From: an uncultured virus (IMG/VR IMGVR_UViG_3300034101_006118)
Lineage: Duplodnaviria; Heunggongvirae; Uroviricota; Caudoviricetes
Strand: one strand, 5' to 3'
Length of the DNA stretch: 57,878 nt
IMG/VR virus record: IMGVR_UViG_3300034101_006118
Shown here: positions 38,513 through 47,521 of the stretch, piece after piece
Layout: each line of letters opens with the position of its first letter
Numbering within the stretch: position 1 is the first letter of the stretch
Translations under genes and position numbers: made by a program
The notes under the pieces: generated by a model
What the model was told of the DNA's origin: nothing
Databases searched by the model: none
Seen by the model: the letters and a program-made list of their open reading frames with translations, nothing else

Positions 38513-39844
38513 CTAAATTAGAGTAAAGTCAACAAATTCAATCTCCATGAATTCTCTAGGGAATTTAATTCCACTTGCATATTCTGAATTACTACTGCTA
38601 TTCCATTTTTCCTTAATCCTTTTAAGGATAACGGGATTGTGTGCGAAAAATAGTTCTACCTCCCTTGTCATGATTTTTTCATTTTGAATAGTAAGACCAG
38701 CAGCCTTGAAAAGCCTATGATAAGCTGTTAATGGGTCGAGAAGTCGGTTTGTTAAAGTAGGTTTGATTCCCATTCCAAAAAGCTCATCTTCGCTGAATAT
38801 CAAATGAAGAAAAGCTTTGTTGACTTGAAGATGTGTGTGGCATCCATGTCTGCTTGTCCAAGGATGGCATCTTATAAAAATCTTTCCTGTTGGGTTTTTT
38901 ACGGAAATTATTTTCTGGAATGATTTTTCAAATTCTTGTGCATGATCGATAATATCGTGAATGATAATCGCATCATATGGCCCTTCTTTCTCGATATCGC
39001 TCCATTTGTCTGAATAGATGAGTGATTTATCTTGGCAATATTTGCTCCAGTTATCACTTTTTTCAATGTCATATGACACAAATTTTTTGGTGTTGAATAA
39101 AGTTTTAGCAACATAGCCGACATGTCCTTCTTTGCATCCAAATTGAAGAACATTTTTTTCTAATAGATCAACTTTGACCAAAGTACTTAGAATTGCCGCT
39201 GCCTGATGCAGTTTTTCTTCTTCGTTGTCATGAACGATGTCTCCTTCTTCCATTGCTTCTGGCCAATGATCGCTTTTCATAAGGAACCGTAAATCTGTGA
39301 ATTCTTTGAGTGAGTCATTGCTTGTAATTGTGACTTCATTCACTAAGTTTTCCTGATCAAGGAATTTCTGCATGAATGCTTTGAGAGAGTCCAATGTTTG
39401 GATGAAGTGTTGAACATCTTTTATTTCACTTTCTGTGTAGTTTTTGTGTTGTTGGTTTACTTTTCTAGGTGCCATTTTCTTTTGAATTTGAGTTTGGTCT
39501 GGAAACATGAAGTTGGGGAATGGTGGTTGCATGGGAGGCATCCCTTGCATTTGTGGAGGATAAGGAGGCATTCCATGCATTTGTGGAGGATAAGGAGGCA
39601 TCCCTTGCATTTGTGGATGGAATGGAATTGGGAGGTTTTGAGGCGAGGCGGGTTGCCTTGATGCTAAATTTACCTTATCAGGAGAAGTTGCATTTTTTTG
39701 TGCTTCTTCTTTTTTTATCTTTTCCAATTCCTGCTTCATAAGTTCGTGTCTTTTCCTGAACTCACGGAATTCTTTGCCTACTTCTTCATTATTTTCGCTC
39801 ATGGTGAACTCTTTTATGGTTAGAAATTCGTCACTAAATGACAA
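38513..39844 (-). CDS. methyltransferase-domain protein with Pro/Gln/Met-rich linker
   Basis: VLQFGCxEG, SYDI, YDAIIxHDxxDH, GKIFIRCHPW; true start probably 39802. Confidence 0.7.
   Translation of the reverse strand: MSFSDEFLTIKEFTMSENNEEVGKEFREFRKRHELMKQELEKIKKEEAQKNATSPDKVNLASRQPASPQNLPIPFHPQMQGMPPYPPQMHGMPPYPPQMQGMPPMQPPFPNFMFPDQTQIQKKMAPRKVNQQHKNYTESEIKDVQHFIQTLDSLKAFMQKFLDQENLVNEVTITSNDSLKEFTDLRFLMKSDHWPEAMEEGDIVHDNEEEKLHQAAAILSTLVKVDLLEKNVLQFGCKEGHVGYVAKTLFNTKKFVSYDIEKSDNWSKYCQDKSLIYSDKWSDIEKEGPYDAIIIHDIIDHAQEFEKSFQKIISVKNPTGKIFIRCHPWTSRHGCHTHLQVNKAFLHLIFSEDELFGMGIKPTLTNRLLDPLTAYHRLFKAAGLTIQNEKIMTREVELFFAHNPVILKRIKEKWNSSSNSEYASGIKFPREFMEIEFVDFTLI
39534..39617 (-). repeat. 30-bp coding tandem repeat (~2.8 copies) encoding PQMxGMPPYP
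   Basis: Read directly on + strand: GGAGGCATYCCWTGCATTTGTGGAGGATAA units. Confidence 0.9.
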
Positions 39845-40125
39845 AGTATATATCCATGAAAAAATTACAAGTTTTGTCTGATTATAGCGAAGAGTTTAAG
39901 CGTGAGATAAAATATCTTTCTGTTGATGGTGAGATTTTTGATTGGGGTATGGATTTGGATTCTTTGGCTGAGGCCAAAAAAGTGATTTCTCAGCATAGGG
40001 ATTTGGCAGAATCTGTTTCTATGTCAATTATCAATCACTTTCTTGAAAGTTTTTCAGATTTTATTGGTCAGCAAATATCACTCAGAAAATTACTCGATTC
40101 AATCGAGAAGGGGTTTATTGAATGA
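39838..40125 (+). CDS. hypothetical protein
   Basis: ORF tiling. Confidence 0.6.
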   Translation: MTKYISMKKLQVLSDYSEEFKREIKYLSVDGEIFDWGMDLDSLAEAKKVISQHRDLAESVSMSIINHFLESFSDFIGQQISLRKLLDSIEKGFIE

Positions 40126-40655
40126 TTCTTTTTGAAGAAAATGATGATAGGTTTTATATAAAAGAATCTACATTGCAAAATGCTGGTAAGGGTGTTTTTG
40201 CATCTCGTGATATTTCTAAAGACGAATATTTGCCCATTTCTGGAGTTATGGTCAAAAGAGACTCGGATGCAGATCAATGCACATATTTTTTCAATTCCTA
40301 TAAATTTGCAGCTAATGTCAAGAGATGTGGCGATATAGTTGATATAGGAGAAAATGTCATAGTTCCTCTTGGCTTTGCAGCCATAGTCAACCACATCAAT
40401 GATCAGAGGCAATCTGTTGAAATCAGATATGTTGGCGATCAGTTTCCACAAAAGTCTTCTCATTCTGGAAAAGCTGTTTATTGGTTTATCAGAGATGTGA
40501 AAAAAGACGAGGAAATTTTTGGCAACTATGGCAAAGGATGGAACGATGTCCTCAATTGGGCCAACGATGTCAGATCAACTAATCAAATAGAAAAGCAAGA
40601 TTGGGAAAAGTTTATTTTGATTGATCTTTATGGACTCAAAGAATTGGTTCAATAA
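40122..40655 (+). CDS. SET domain protein (lysine methyltransferase-like)
   Basis: KESTLxNAGKGVFAxRDI, VNH, RDVKKDEEIFGNYG. Confidence 0.8.
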   Translation: MILFEENDDRFYIKESTLQNAGKGVFASRDISKDEYLPISGVMVKRDSDADQCTYFFNSYKFAANVKRCGDIVDIGENVIVPLGFAAIVNHINDQRQSVEIRYVGDQFPQKSSHSGKAVYWFIRDVKKDEEIFGNYGKGWNDVLNWANDVRSTNQIEKQDWEKFILIDLYGLKELVQ

Positions 40656-40670
40656 TTATTTGGAGAGAAA

Positions 40671-41204
40671 TTGGAAAAATTTGATTTTAGTAGGCGCAAG
40701 ATTGTCGGCTTGGTTTTTGATTTATCAATCAGGCATGATAAGAATGGGCAGAGAATAATTGATTTGGTCAAAGAATCATTGAAAAAAAGAGTCGTCGATA
40801 ATGACGAAGACTTGTTTTTCTTTGTGTCCAATTTATCGAATAAGATGCCAAAAGGTGTCGGAGAGACCATTCAACAGATTGACTCATATGATGATCCAAT
40901 AGATTTTAATTATGGACAATCAGTAAAGTACATCATTAATTGCTTTGATGATTCAGTTGAAGATGTGGACAAGATTTTTCTTGCTATTACAGATAGATTT
41001 GATAAAAAATATAAAGGTCATTATAAATCTGTTTTTGATATAAGTAATTCAAAAAACATGGAAATTAAGGTGATTTATTTGGGAGTTGGCAATCATTATG
41101 ATAAAGATGTTTTAGAAAAAGAAATTTCCAATCGAGGTGGCTATTTTGCTCATGTTGATGATTTGAAAAATTTAATTGATATTCTTAAAAAAGCAGGGGT
41201 GTAA
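40671..41204 (+). CDS. vWA-like domain protein
   Basis: LVFDLS, AITD, VIYLGVG, GGYFAHV; MIDAS degenerate. Confidence 0.5.
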   Translation: MEKFDFSRRKIVGLVFDLSIRHDKNGQRIIDLVKESLKKRVVDNDEDLFFFVSNLSNKMPKGVGETIQQIDSYDDPIDFNYGQSVKYIINCFDDSVEDVDKIFLAITDRFDKKYKGHYKSVFDISNSKNMEIKVIYLGVGNHYDKDVLEKEISNRGGYFAHVDDLKNLIDILKKAGV

Positions 41205-41206
41205 AG

Positions 41207-41980
41207 ATGACAGATAAAGTGTTTGTTGCAAAAACGATAGAGTCGAAACCTTTTTATATGTCTCCTGTTGAAATTATCATTCCTTTTCATAATGAGCAGG
41301 CCAAAGTAATATCTTTGATTAATGATATTTTTATAACTGTGCAAAAAAATCGCTATCTGATAACATTAGTTGATGATGGTTCTGGAAATAAAGATTTCAC
41401 TAAGGAATTAGAAAAAAAGAAAATACCCGGATTACGATTCTTGAATCATGATGATTGCAAAGGATTTGGTGCTTCTGTAAATACTGCTCTCAAAAATCCA
41501 TTCAGCAATCAAATTCCATTTGTTGCCATATTGCACTCTGATGTGCGTATTCGTGATCAAAACTGGCTTTTCAATCTGGGTCAAACCTTGTCTTCTCTTA
41601 AGCAAACAGGCGTTAAAATGATCTCTTCTTTAACCGACAATCCAGTTGTCGAAAATGAGTTTTTGAAAGCAAGTCATGGAGAGAAGAAAAAAGATCATGT
41701 TTTAACAGATGGCTTTTTACCAATGTACTGTGTTTTATCACATAGAGATTTATTTAACAGGGTTGGTTTTTTGAAAGAATATCCATATGCGGGTGGAGAG
41801 GTAGAAGATTTCGCACAAAGAATGAAAAAAATGGGATTTAAGCAGGGAGTTTGCGGAAGCAGTTGGGTACAGCATGAAGGAAGAGGAACCCTATCACAGT
41901 TTGCAAAAAATAAAAAAGTTCAAGAAATATTGCGAAATGTCGAGAATGAAAGAAACAAAGAGTATAAAAATGGTAGTTGA
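41207..41980 (+). CDS. glycosyltransferase family 2
   Basis: IIIPFHN, LVDDGS, GFGASVN, LHSDV, VGFL, EDF, VQH. Confidence 0.85.
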   Translation: MTDKVFVAKTIESKPFYMSPVEIIIPFHNEQAKVISLINDIFITVQKNRYLITLVDDGSGNKDFTKELEKKKIPGLRFLNHDDCKGFGASVNTALKNPFSNQIPFVAILHSDVRIRDQNWLFNLGQTLSSLKQTGVKMISSLTDNPVVENEFLKASHGEKKKDHVLTDGFLPMYCVLSHRDLFNRVGFLKEYPYAGGEVEDFAQRMKKMGFKQGVCGSSWVQHEGRGTLSQFAKNKKVQEILRNVENERNKEYKNGS

Positions 41981-42019
41981 ATAGTGTATATACTATGATC
42001 AGATTCATAGGAGGTCATA

Positions 42020-42175
42020 ATGCGTTGCAAAAAAAATGACGGCACTTTCACAACCACTACTTGGAAATTTTACACAGCAGCTTGCTCAAAAGTTCAACAG
42101 TCTCTTGGAATTTGCTCTGGTGTATCAGGTGCGTGGGTTCCCGCTGTGACTGTTTGCAATCTTCGTCTTTTCTGA
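42020..42175 (+). CDS. 51-aa Cys/Thr/Ser-rich peptide (below ORF-track cutoff)
   Basis: AGGAGG SD; MRCKKNDGTFTTTTWKFYTAACSKVQQSLGICSGVSGAWVPAVTVCNLRLF; own terminator. Confidence 0.75.
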   Translation: MRCKKNDGTFTTTTWKFYTAACSKVQQSLGICSGVSGAWVPAVTVCNLRLF

Positions 42176-42200
42176 TTTCTATTTTCCAATTATTTCCATG

Positions 42201-42233
42201 AATCATGGCTGGGTAACCAGCCATGATTTTTTT
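42201..42233 (+). terminator. intrinsic terminator
   Basis: AATCATGGCTGG-GTAA-CCAGCCATGATT followed by T tract. Confidence 0.88.
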
Positions 42234-42234
42234 G

Positions 42235-42263
42235 TTGACTTGATATTTGAATATTTGTAATAT
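42235..42263 (+). promoter_or_regulatory. sigma70-like promoter
   Basis: TTGACT-17bp-TAATAT. Confidence 0.5.
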
Positions 42264-42289
42264 AAATCCTCTATGTCCAAGAGGGTTTT

Positions 42290-42940
42290 TTGATGCTTTC
42301 TTTTGTTCTGGCTTGTTTTTCTTATTTCAACAATAATTTTTTTGAAAATCATCTTGTTATTCCTGAATTACAAATTGATCTGACCAAAAAATTCGCAATG
42401 CGTTTTGATGGGATTACAAATCAGCTTGTCGTTGGAAGCGGCATCTTGCATGTAAAAAATAAATATGATTTTTCAAATCATGTATTGCACGAAATGATTC
42501 ATATTGACAACCATATAAATCACATTGAAGATGTGAACAACAACCAATATCACACCATGAAGTTTGCAAGCCATGCATTAAGAATTGGACTTGGTGTCCA
42601 GAAAGATAAAAATCAAGGATGGTCACTTACCAAAATAATCGCACAAGGTAAGATGAGGAAAGATTTCAAAATAAATCATGAAGCCAATCGCAGAATGAAT
42701 GATTTAGTTGAGAATTTAGACTTTGATGAAAAAAATTATTTGAATTGTTTGGAATTGCTGATTGAACAGGCAAAGCTTTTGAAGCCAAGCAAATTATTTT
42801 TTCTTAAATATGAATGTTCATGTCCGCCACCACACAACTCAATCAGGTCTGGCAGAAGACCTGATGGCAATAATCCAATTGATATAATTTGCGATCATTG
42901 TAAATATAAGTTTATTTGTGTTTCTCCTTTAGATGACTGA
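42290..42940 (+). CDS. SprT-like zinc metalloprotease
   Basis: FNxxFF..L, LHEMIH, YHxxKF, C-terminal YxCxC..CxxC Zn ribbon. Confidence 0.75.
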   Translation: MMLSFVLACFSYFNNNFFENHLVIPELQIDLTKKFAMRFDGITNQLVVGSGILHVKNKYDFSNHVLHEMIHIDNHINHIEDVNNNQYHTMKFASHALRIGLGVQKDKNQGWSLTKIIAQGKMRKDFKINHEANRRMNDLVENLDFDEKNYLNCLELLIEQAKLLKPSKLFFLKYECSCPPPHNSIRSGRRPDGNNPIDIICDHCKYKFICVSPLDD

Positions 42941-43319
42941 CATGCGGCATTTCAAACTCAGCATCTGGATCAATTCTTTTGATGACTTTTTGAAAGACTA
43001 GGTAAAGTATTGTCGTGATAATCGTGAACTCAAGGAATGAGTTCAAAAGATTGCCTACTTCTATGTCCATTCCTTCTATTGGCGTAAAGACAAGGTGCCT
43101 CCAGTTGCCACTTGTTTTGGATAGAAGGAAATTAATTATTGGCATGAGGAATGATTCGGTTATAGAAGAAGCAAATTTCTGTGTTTGAGTCGCCAAAACA
43201 AGGGCCAATGCCATGACAAAGAAGTTTTTCTTGTAAGCGAAATTCTTGTATTCGTTGAATTCTTGCTTCAGTTTGTCTTGACTGATGAAATTTTTTTCAG
43301 TCGAAGAATTTTCCTGCAT
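42912..43319 (-). CDS. mscL: large-conductance mechanosensitive channel MscL-like
   Basis: EYKNFAYKKN..MALAxVLA..SITESxLMPII..GNLLNSxLEFxII; divergent. Confidence 0.75.
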   Translation of the reverse strand: MQENSSTEKNFISQDKLKQEFNEYKNFAYKKNFFVMALALVLATQTQKFASSITESFLMPIINFLLSKTSGNWRHLVFTPIEGMDIEVGNLLNSFLEFTIITTILYLVFQKVIKRIDPDAEFEMPHVSHLKEKHK

Positions 43320-43370
43320 TACTTAAACTCCATTTTACTTCCAAACAAAAACCGTGTATGGTCGCTATTG

Positions 43371-43387
43371 CCATCATCGTGTGATGG
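43371..43387 (+). promoter_or_regulatory. conserved leader hairpin copy 6 (CCATCA-TCGTG-TGATGG)
   Basis: Compensatory A-T pair replaces G-C. Confidence 0.6.
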
Positions 43388-43497
43388 CGCTGTTCATAGA
43401 TCATTATACCTGATCCGTGACTCATGGGCAATTCTTGTAAATCTGTCGTGATTCAACAGGACAGAATGGAACCGCTATTTTTAGCCGGGGAGGCACG

Positions 43498-44763
43498 ATG
43501 TCTACCAATATGATCAATTCAAGAAGCTCGTCAAAGGATGATGGGCTAAAGATGATGCAAATGCCGAATGGCACTAAGCATCTGACTGGGAATCTCTACA
43601 TGATTCCATTTGCCAGCATTCGTTCTCCGCAAAACAATCCTCGTCTCTTGACTGAACAGGGCAGGAATGACCTTCTTGATAGGGAGCTTTCGAGTCAGCT
43701 TCGTGATTCGATTCGTCGTAACACCTTGCTTAATCCGCTTGTTTGTCGATGGGTTATCGAGGATGGCAAAGCCATCCCAACAATAGTAGGTGGTGATCGT
43801 CGTCATCGGGCCTTGGATGTTCTTATTAGGCAGAAGGTTGAGGTCGTTGACCCTCGCAGCCCTCGACATAGCGATAACGGGCATTTTGTCAATTCTTCGG
43901 TAACAACAGCCGATCTTGCTTACGAATTTGTGCCATGCCAAGTTTTTATTTGTAACGATGACATTGATGCACTCACTTTAGCATGGGCAGAAAATAAGAA
44001 CAGGATTAACTTAACTGATGGCCATGAGATAGCCCAAGTTATCCAGCTTCGTGAGAATGGGGCTACAGATTCTCAGATAGTTGATATTCTCCAGCGCAAC
44101 CAAAAATGGCTTGCCGATACTGACAGGTTGATTGCTTCTCTTGATTCTCACACCTTGACCGACTTGCTTGAAGGCCGTCTGGAAAGGACCGCTGCTGTTG
44201 AATTGGCCGCAATTGAAGATCTTGCTGTTCGTGACAGCGTAAGGCTTGAGGCAAACGAACAGGCAGTAGCATCTTGGTCGAAGAAGATTAATCGTTTGAG
44301 GAACAAGGTTGATGCTGCCAATGCCAATATTGAGAGAGCAGAAGGCAGAATGGTGCTTGCCATGGACGATGAGGAAGTCGAAGAGGCAAGGGAGGAGCTT
44401 GCAGTAGCACAGGCAAATTCCCGTGATGCTCGAAGAGAAATGTCTGAGAACGAAAATCCAGTTACAACAACTGGTAATATTAGGACTGCATCAAGATCAC
44501 AAACAGGATCAGTTCCAACTACTGGAAACAAGCGTGGACCAAAGGGCGGTTCAAGGAAGATGAGGGAATCTAAGATTCAGGAGGGTCTTGAGTTCTTCGT
44601 GAATCTGGTGAAATCTAAAGGTCTTCCTCCTGATGCCTCTTTCACAGCAGATGTAAACGCCATTAAACTTGTGGCCAACATTTTCCGTGATAATATTATC
44701 GGCAACAATCCTGATTGGATGGGAACCCTGAGACGGTTCTACTCAGATCGTGATTCAAAATGA
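43498..44763 (+). CDS. ParB/Srx-like N-terminal domain protein with coiled coil
   Basis: NPR, LxxSI..LLNPL, GDRRxRA, AENxxRxNL, HTH-like segment; GGGAGG SD. Confidence 0.75.
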   Translation: MSTNMINSRSSSKDDGLKMMQMPNGTKHLTGNLYMIPFASIRSPQNNPRLLTEQGRNDLLDRELSSQLRDSIRRNTLLNPLVCRWVIEDGKAIPTIVGGDRRHRALDVLIRQKVEVVDPRSPRHSDNGHFVNSSVTTADLAYEFVPCQVFICNDDIDALTLAWAENKNRINLTDGHEIAQVIQLRENGATDSQIVDILQRNQKWLADTDRLIASLDSHTLTDLLEGRLERTAAVELAAIEDLAVRDSVRLEANEQAVASWSKKINRLRNKVDAANANIERAEGRMVLAMDDEEVEEAREELAVAQANSRDARREMSENENPVTTTGNIRTASRSQTGSVPTTGNKRGPKGGSRKMRESKIQEGLEFFVNLVKSKGLPPDASFTADVNAIKLVANIFRDNIIGNNPDWMGTLRRFYSDRDSK

Positions 44764-44780
44764 TAAATTGAATTGTTTGA

Positions 44781-44821
44781 ATAAATGCAAACAGGCCAAA
44801 AACCTGTTTGCATTTATTTTT
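44781..44821 (+). terminator. intrinsic terminator
   Basis: ATAAATGCAAACAGG / CCTGTTTGCATTTAT followed by T tract. Confidence 0.85.
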
Positions 44822-44844
44822 GATAAATGATTTGAATATATATT

Positions 44845-45156
44845 TTGATGATTAAATCTTGCCCATTTTGTGGTCACAGTTTGCAAAAAGAATTGCAAGA
44901 TGGTTTGACATCTTGCTGCAATTGTGAACAGGTATTCGATACGAGCGAATTAAACAAACTATTGTCTGCTTCTTGGTTGGTTCGCAAGAACCATTATAAT
45001 CGAGAGCAACTTAAATGGCACACCAAATTGGATGACGAACTAATCACTTTGGTTATGACATTTGTTTCAGAAAATAGTTATTCACATCAGGAATTTGTTC
45101 AATTCCTGAAAAGATTAGGTCGATTTGCCATTCATCAAAAATCAGCCAATCGATGA
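44845..45156 (+). CDS. zinc-ribbon hypothetical protein
   Basis: CPFCG...CCNC. Confidence 0.65.
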   Translation: MMIKSCPFCGHSLQKELQDGLTSCCNCEQVFDTSELNKLLSASWLVRKNHYNREQLKWHTKLDDELITLVMTFVSENSYSHQEFVQFLKRLGRFAIHQKSANR

Positions 45157-45159
45157 TTT

Positions 45160-45414
45160 TTAGTTATCTGCCAATTGATCATCTGAGTCTGTAATGGCAG
45201 ATATCTGTCCTTTTGGGGCACGGCTATCGATTTCAACCGAATTGGATGCTGATGCCAATTCAGATCGAAGAACCATGACCTTTTTGGGGGCTTCGATACC
45301 AATCCTTACCTTATTACGATTATCGATTCTTACAATTGTTAGGGTTATGGGTTCCTCAAGACCGGGAACCCGAACGATTATTTGCTCATCCTTTTTGCGA
45401 CTTAGTACCAACAT
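45160..45414 (-). CDS. csrA: carbon storage regulator CsrA
   Basis: MLVLSRK, KVRIGIEAP..VxRxEL; AAGGA SD. Confidence 0.9.
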   Translation of the reverse strand: MLVLSRKKDEQIIVRVPGLEEPITLTIVRIDNRNKVRIGIEAPKKVMVLRSELASASNSVEIDSRAPKGQISAITDSDDQLADN

Positions 45415-45437
45415 TTTTATTTCCTTTGTGGTATTCC

Positions 45438-45450
45438 CCGTATATGACGG
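45438..45450 (-). promoter_or_regulatory. shortened leader hairpin variant (CCGTCATATACGG) upstream of csrA
   Basis: Contains CCGTCA half-site; 4-bp stem only. Confidence 0.45.
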
Positions 45451-45593
45451 TTTTCTAAGTTAAGTTAGTTTTGTTTCATAGAAATTTTTCACTTCTGGCA
45501 AAAAAAAACGATTTTGGTATTTACAACCAAAAGTAATCAAATTACAAATGAGTTAATGGCACGAAATAAACCTTTCTATTGTTTGGAAGGTAG

Positions 45594-46073
45594 GTGTCAT
45601 TAACTTTAGTTACTGGTGTCACTATGAAGCACAATAATAACAGCAACGGCGAATTTCGCCTTTTTTCTGAACAACTCAATCAGATTCGGGATTCTATTCG
45701 GGATCATGAAAAGGAAATTGAGACTCATATCGAGCATATTAGAAAGCTTCGACTCCAACAGAGGCGTTATGAAAAATGCAATCGTCTTCTTTCTGAAAAT
45801 GATGATGACAACAAACCAGCCGCTACTCGATCCCGCTCTGCGTCAACAAATGATCCAAAACGCATGGCCTTGCCAGCACTTTTGGAAATGATCGGCCAAC
45901 AACAGAACAAGGGAATCAGGTATAAGGATATGGCTGTTCTTGTGAAGAACTCTGGATATCGGAGCCATTCCAAGAACTTTAGCAACATGGTATATCAAGC
46001 ACTTGAAAAACTTGTCAATAAAGGTAGGTTTCAGAAAGACAGGGAAACTCTTGAGTACACATACGCAGGTTGA
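45594..46073 (+). CDS. coiled-coil plus winged-helix-like protein
   Basis: N-terminal coiled coil; C-terminal VYQALxKLVxKGRF. Confidence 0.6.
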   Translation: MSLTLVTGVTMKHNNNSNGEFRLFSEQLNQIRDSIRDHEKEIETHIEHIRKLRLQQRRYEKCNRLLSENDDDNKPAATRSRSASTNDPKRMALPALLEMIGQQQNKGIRYKDMAVLVKNSGYRSHSKNFSNMVYQALEKLVNKGRFQKDRETLEYTYAG

Positions 46074-46096
46074 TTCAAGATGTTGTTGAATATTTC

Positions 46097-46127
46097 AAGC
46101 AGACAGGTCAATCCTGTCTGCTTTTTT
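46097..46127 (+). terminator. intrinsic terminator
   Basis: AAGCAGACAGG-TCAAT-CCTGTCTGCTT followed by T tract. Confidence 0.85.
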
Positions 46128-46232
46128 GTTTGCCCTCGAATAATAAGAAAAAACATATATACTCCGACAGGCCAATGAGGTAGATTACATCTGGAAATCC
46201 ATCGAAAGATGTGGCTCTGTAAGGAGTTTCGC

Positions 46233-47495
46233 ATGGCTAGGAAAAAGGGGCCTTTTTGTGATTATTGCGGTCTTGCTAGTTCTCAAGTTGGTACACTTGT
46301 AGAAGGCCCAACAATTGACAAAGAGCAGAATGGCAGACCAGCAGGAAATAAGGTTTACATTTGTGCTGAGTGTATAGATGTTTGCCAGTCGATGGTTCGC
46401 AAAAAGTCTTCAACCAAGTTCAAGCTGGATGATTTGCCAACCCCAAAGCAAATTGTTGAAGAGCTTGATAAATCAATCATTGGTCAAGATAAGGCCAAGA
46501 AATCGCTTGCAGTCGCAATTATCAATCACTACAAGCGTTTGTCCCAAAATGTCGAAGTGACTGATGATGATCCATTTTCGGATGTGACAATTGAAAAGTC
46601 CAACATTCTTTTAATTGGCCCAACAGGAAGCGGCAAAACATCTCTTGCCAGAACAATATCGAAAATGTTGCGTGTTCCATTTGCAATTGGAGATGCCACT
46701 ACTCTCACCGAAGCTGGATATGTGGGAGAAGATGTGGAAAACCTCGTCCTCAAGATATTGAGGGAGGCCGACTTTGATGTCGATTTGGCTCAGACTGGAA
46801 TCATCTTTTTAGACGAAATCGACAAGATTGGGAAGACATCCCACAATGTGAGCATTACTAGGGATGTGAGCGGAGAAGGAGTGCAGCAAGCACTTTTGAA
46901 AATGCTTGAAGGAACAATATGCAATGTGCCACCGGGAGGAGGCAGAAAGCATCCTGAACAACAGTTTGTTCAGGTTGATACCACAAATGTGCTTTTCGTT
47001 TGCGGAGGTGCATTTAATGGTCTTGATGATATTGTTAAACGCAGAATCGGTAAAAAAAGCATGGGATTCAATAGCACTGCCAAAAATGAAAATGAAGATT
47101 GGTTTCTCGAACAAGTCACTCAAGAGGACTTGATTGAATACGGTATGATTCCTGAGCTTGTTGGCAGGCTTCCAATCGTGACTCCTTTGCGGGGTCTTGA
47201 TGAAGAAGCTTTATTGAAAATTTTGACTGAACCTAAAGACGCATTGATTAAGCAATATCAAAAAATGTGTTGGCAGGACGATGTTAAGCTCGTATTTACG
47301 AATGATTCCTTGAGATCCATAGCAAAGAAAGCTATTGATATAGGAACTGGAGCTAGGGGTCTGAGAACAGTCATGGAGGGATTTATGATTGAAATTATGT
47401 ACAATTTGTCCGAACATCAGGGAGAAAAAGTCACTGTGACTAAGGAAGTAGTGGATGGACAACCAGCTAAATTTAGCAAAAATTTGGCAGCATAG
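46233..47495 (+). CDS. clpX: ATP-dependent Clp protease ATP-binding subunit ClpX
   Basis: Zn-binding domain CxxC..Cxx[42 protein letters not shown] loop, GARGLR. Confidence 0.97.
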   Translation: MARKKGPFCDYCGLASSQVGTLVEGPTIDKEQNGRPAGNKVYICAECIDVCQSMVRKKSSTKFKLDDLPTPKQIVEELDKSIIGQDKAKKSLAVAIINHYKRLSQNVEVTDDDPFSDVTIEKSNILLIGPTGSGKTSLARTISKMLRVPFAIGDATTLTEAGYVGEDVENLVLKILREADFDVDLAQTGIIFLDEIDKIGKTSHNVSITRDVSGEGVQQALLKMLEGTICNVPPGGGRKHPEQQFVQVDTTNVLFVCGGAFNGLDDIVKRRIGKKSMGFNSTAKNENEDWFLEQVTQEDLIEYGMIPELVGRLPIVTPLRGLDEEALLKILTEPKDALIKQYQKMCWQDDVKLVFTNDSLRSIAKKAIDIGTGARGLRTVMEGFMIEIMYNLSEHQGEKVTVTKEVVDGQPAKFSKNLAA

Positions 47496-47521
47496 TTGAC
47501 AAAAATAAGGCATTCTGTCTT

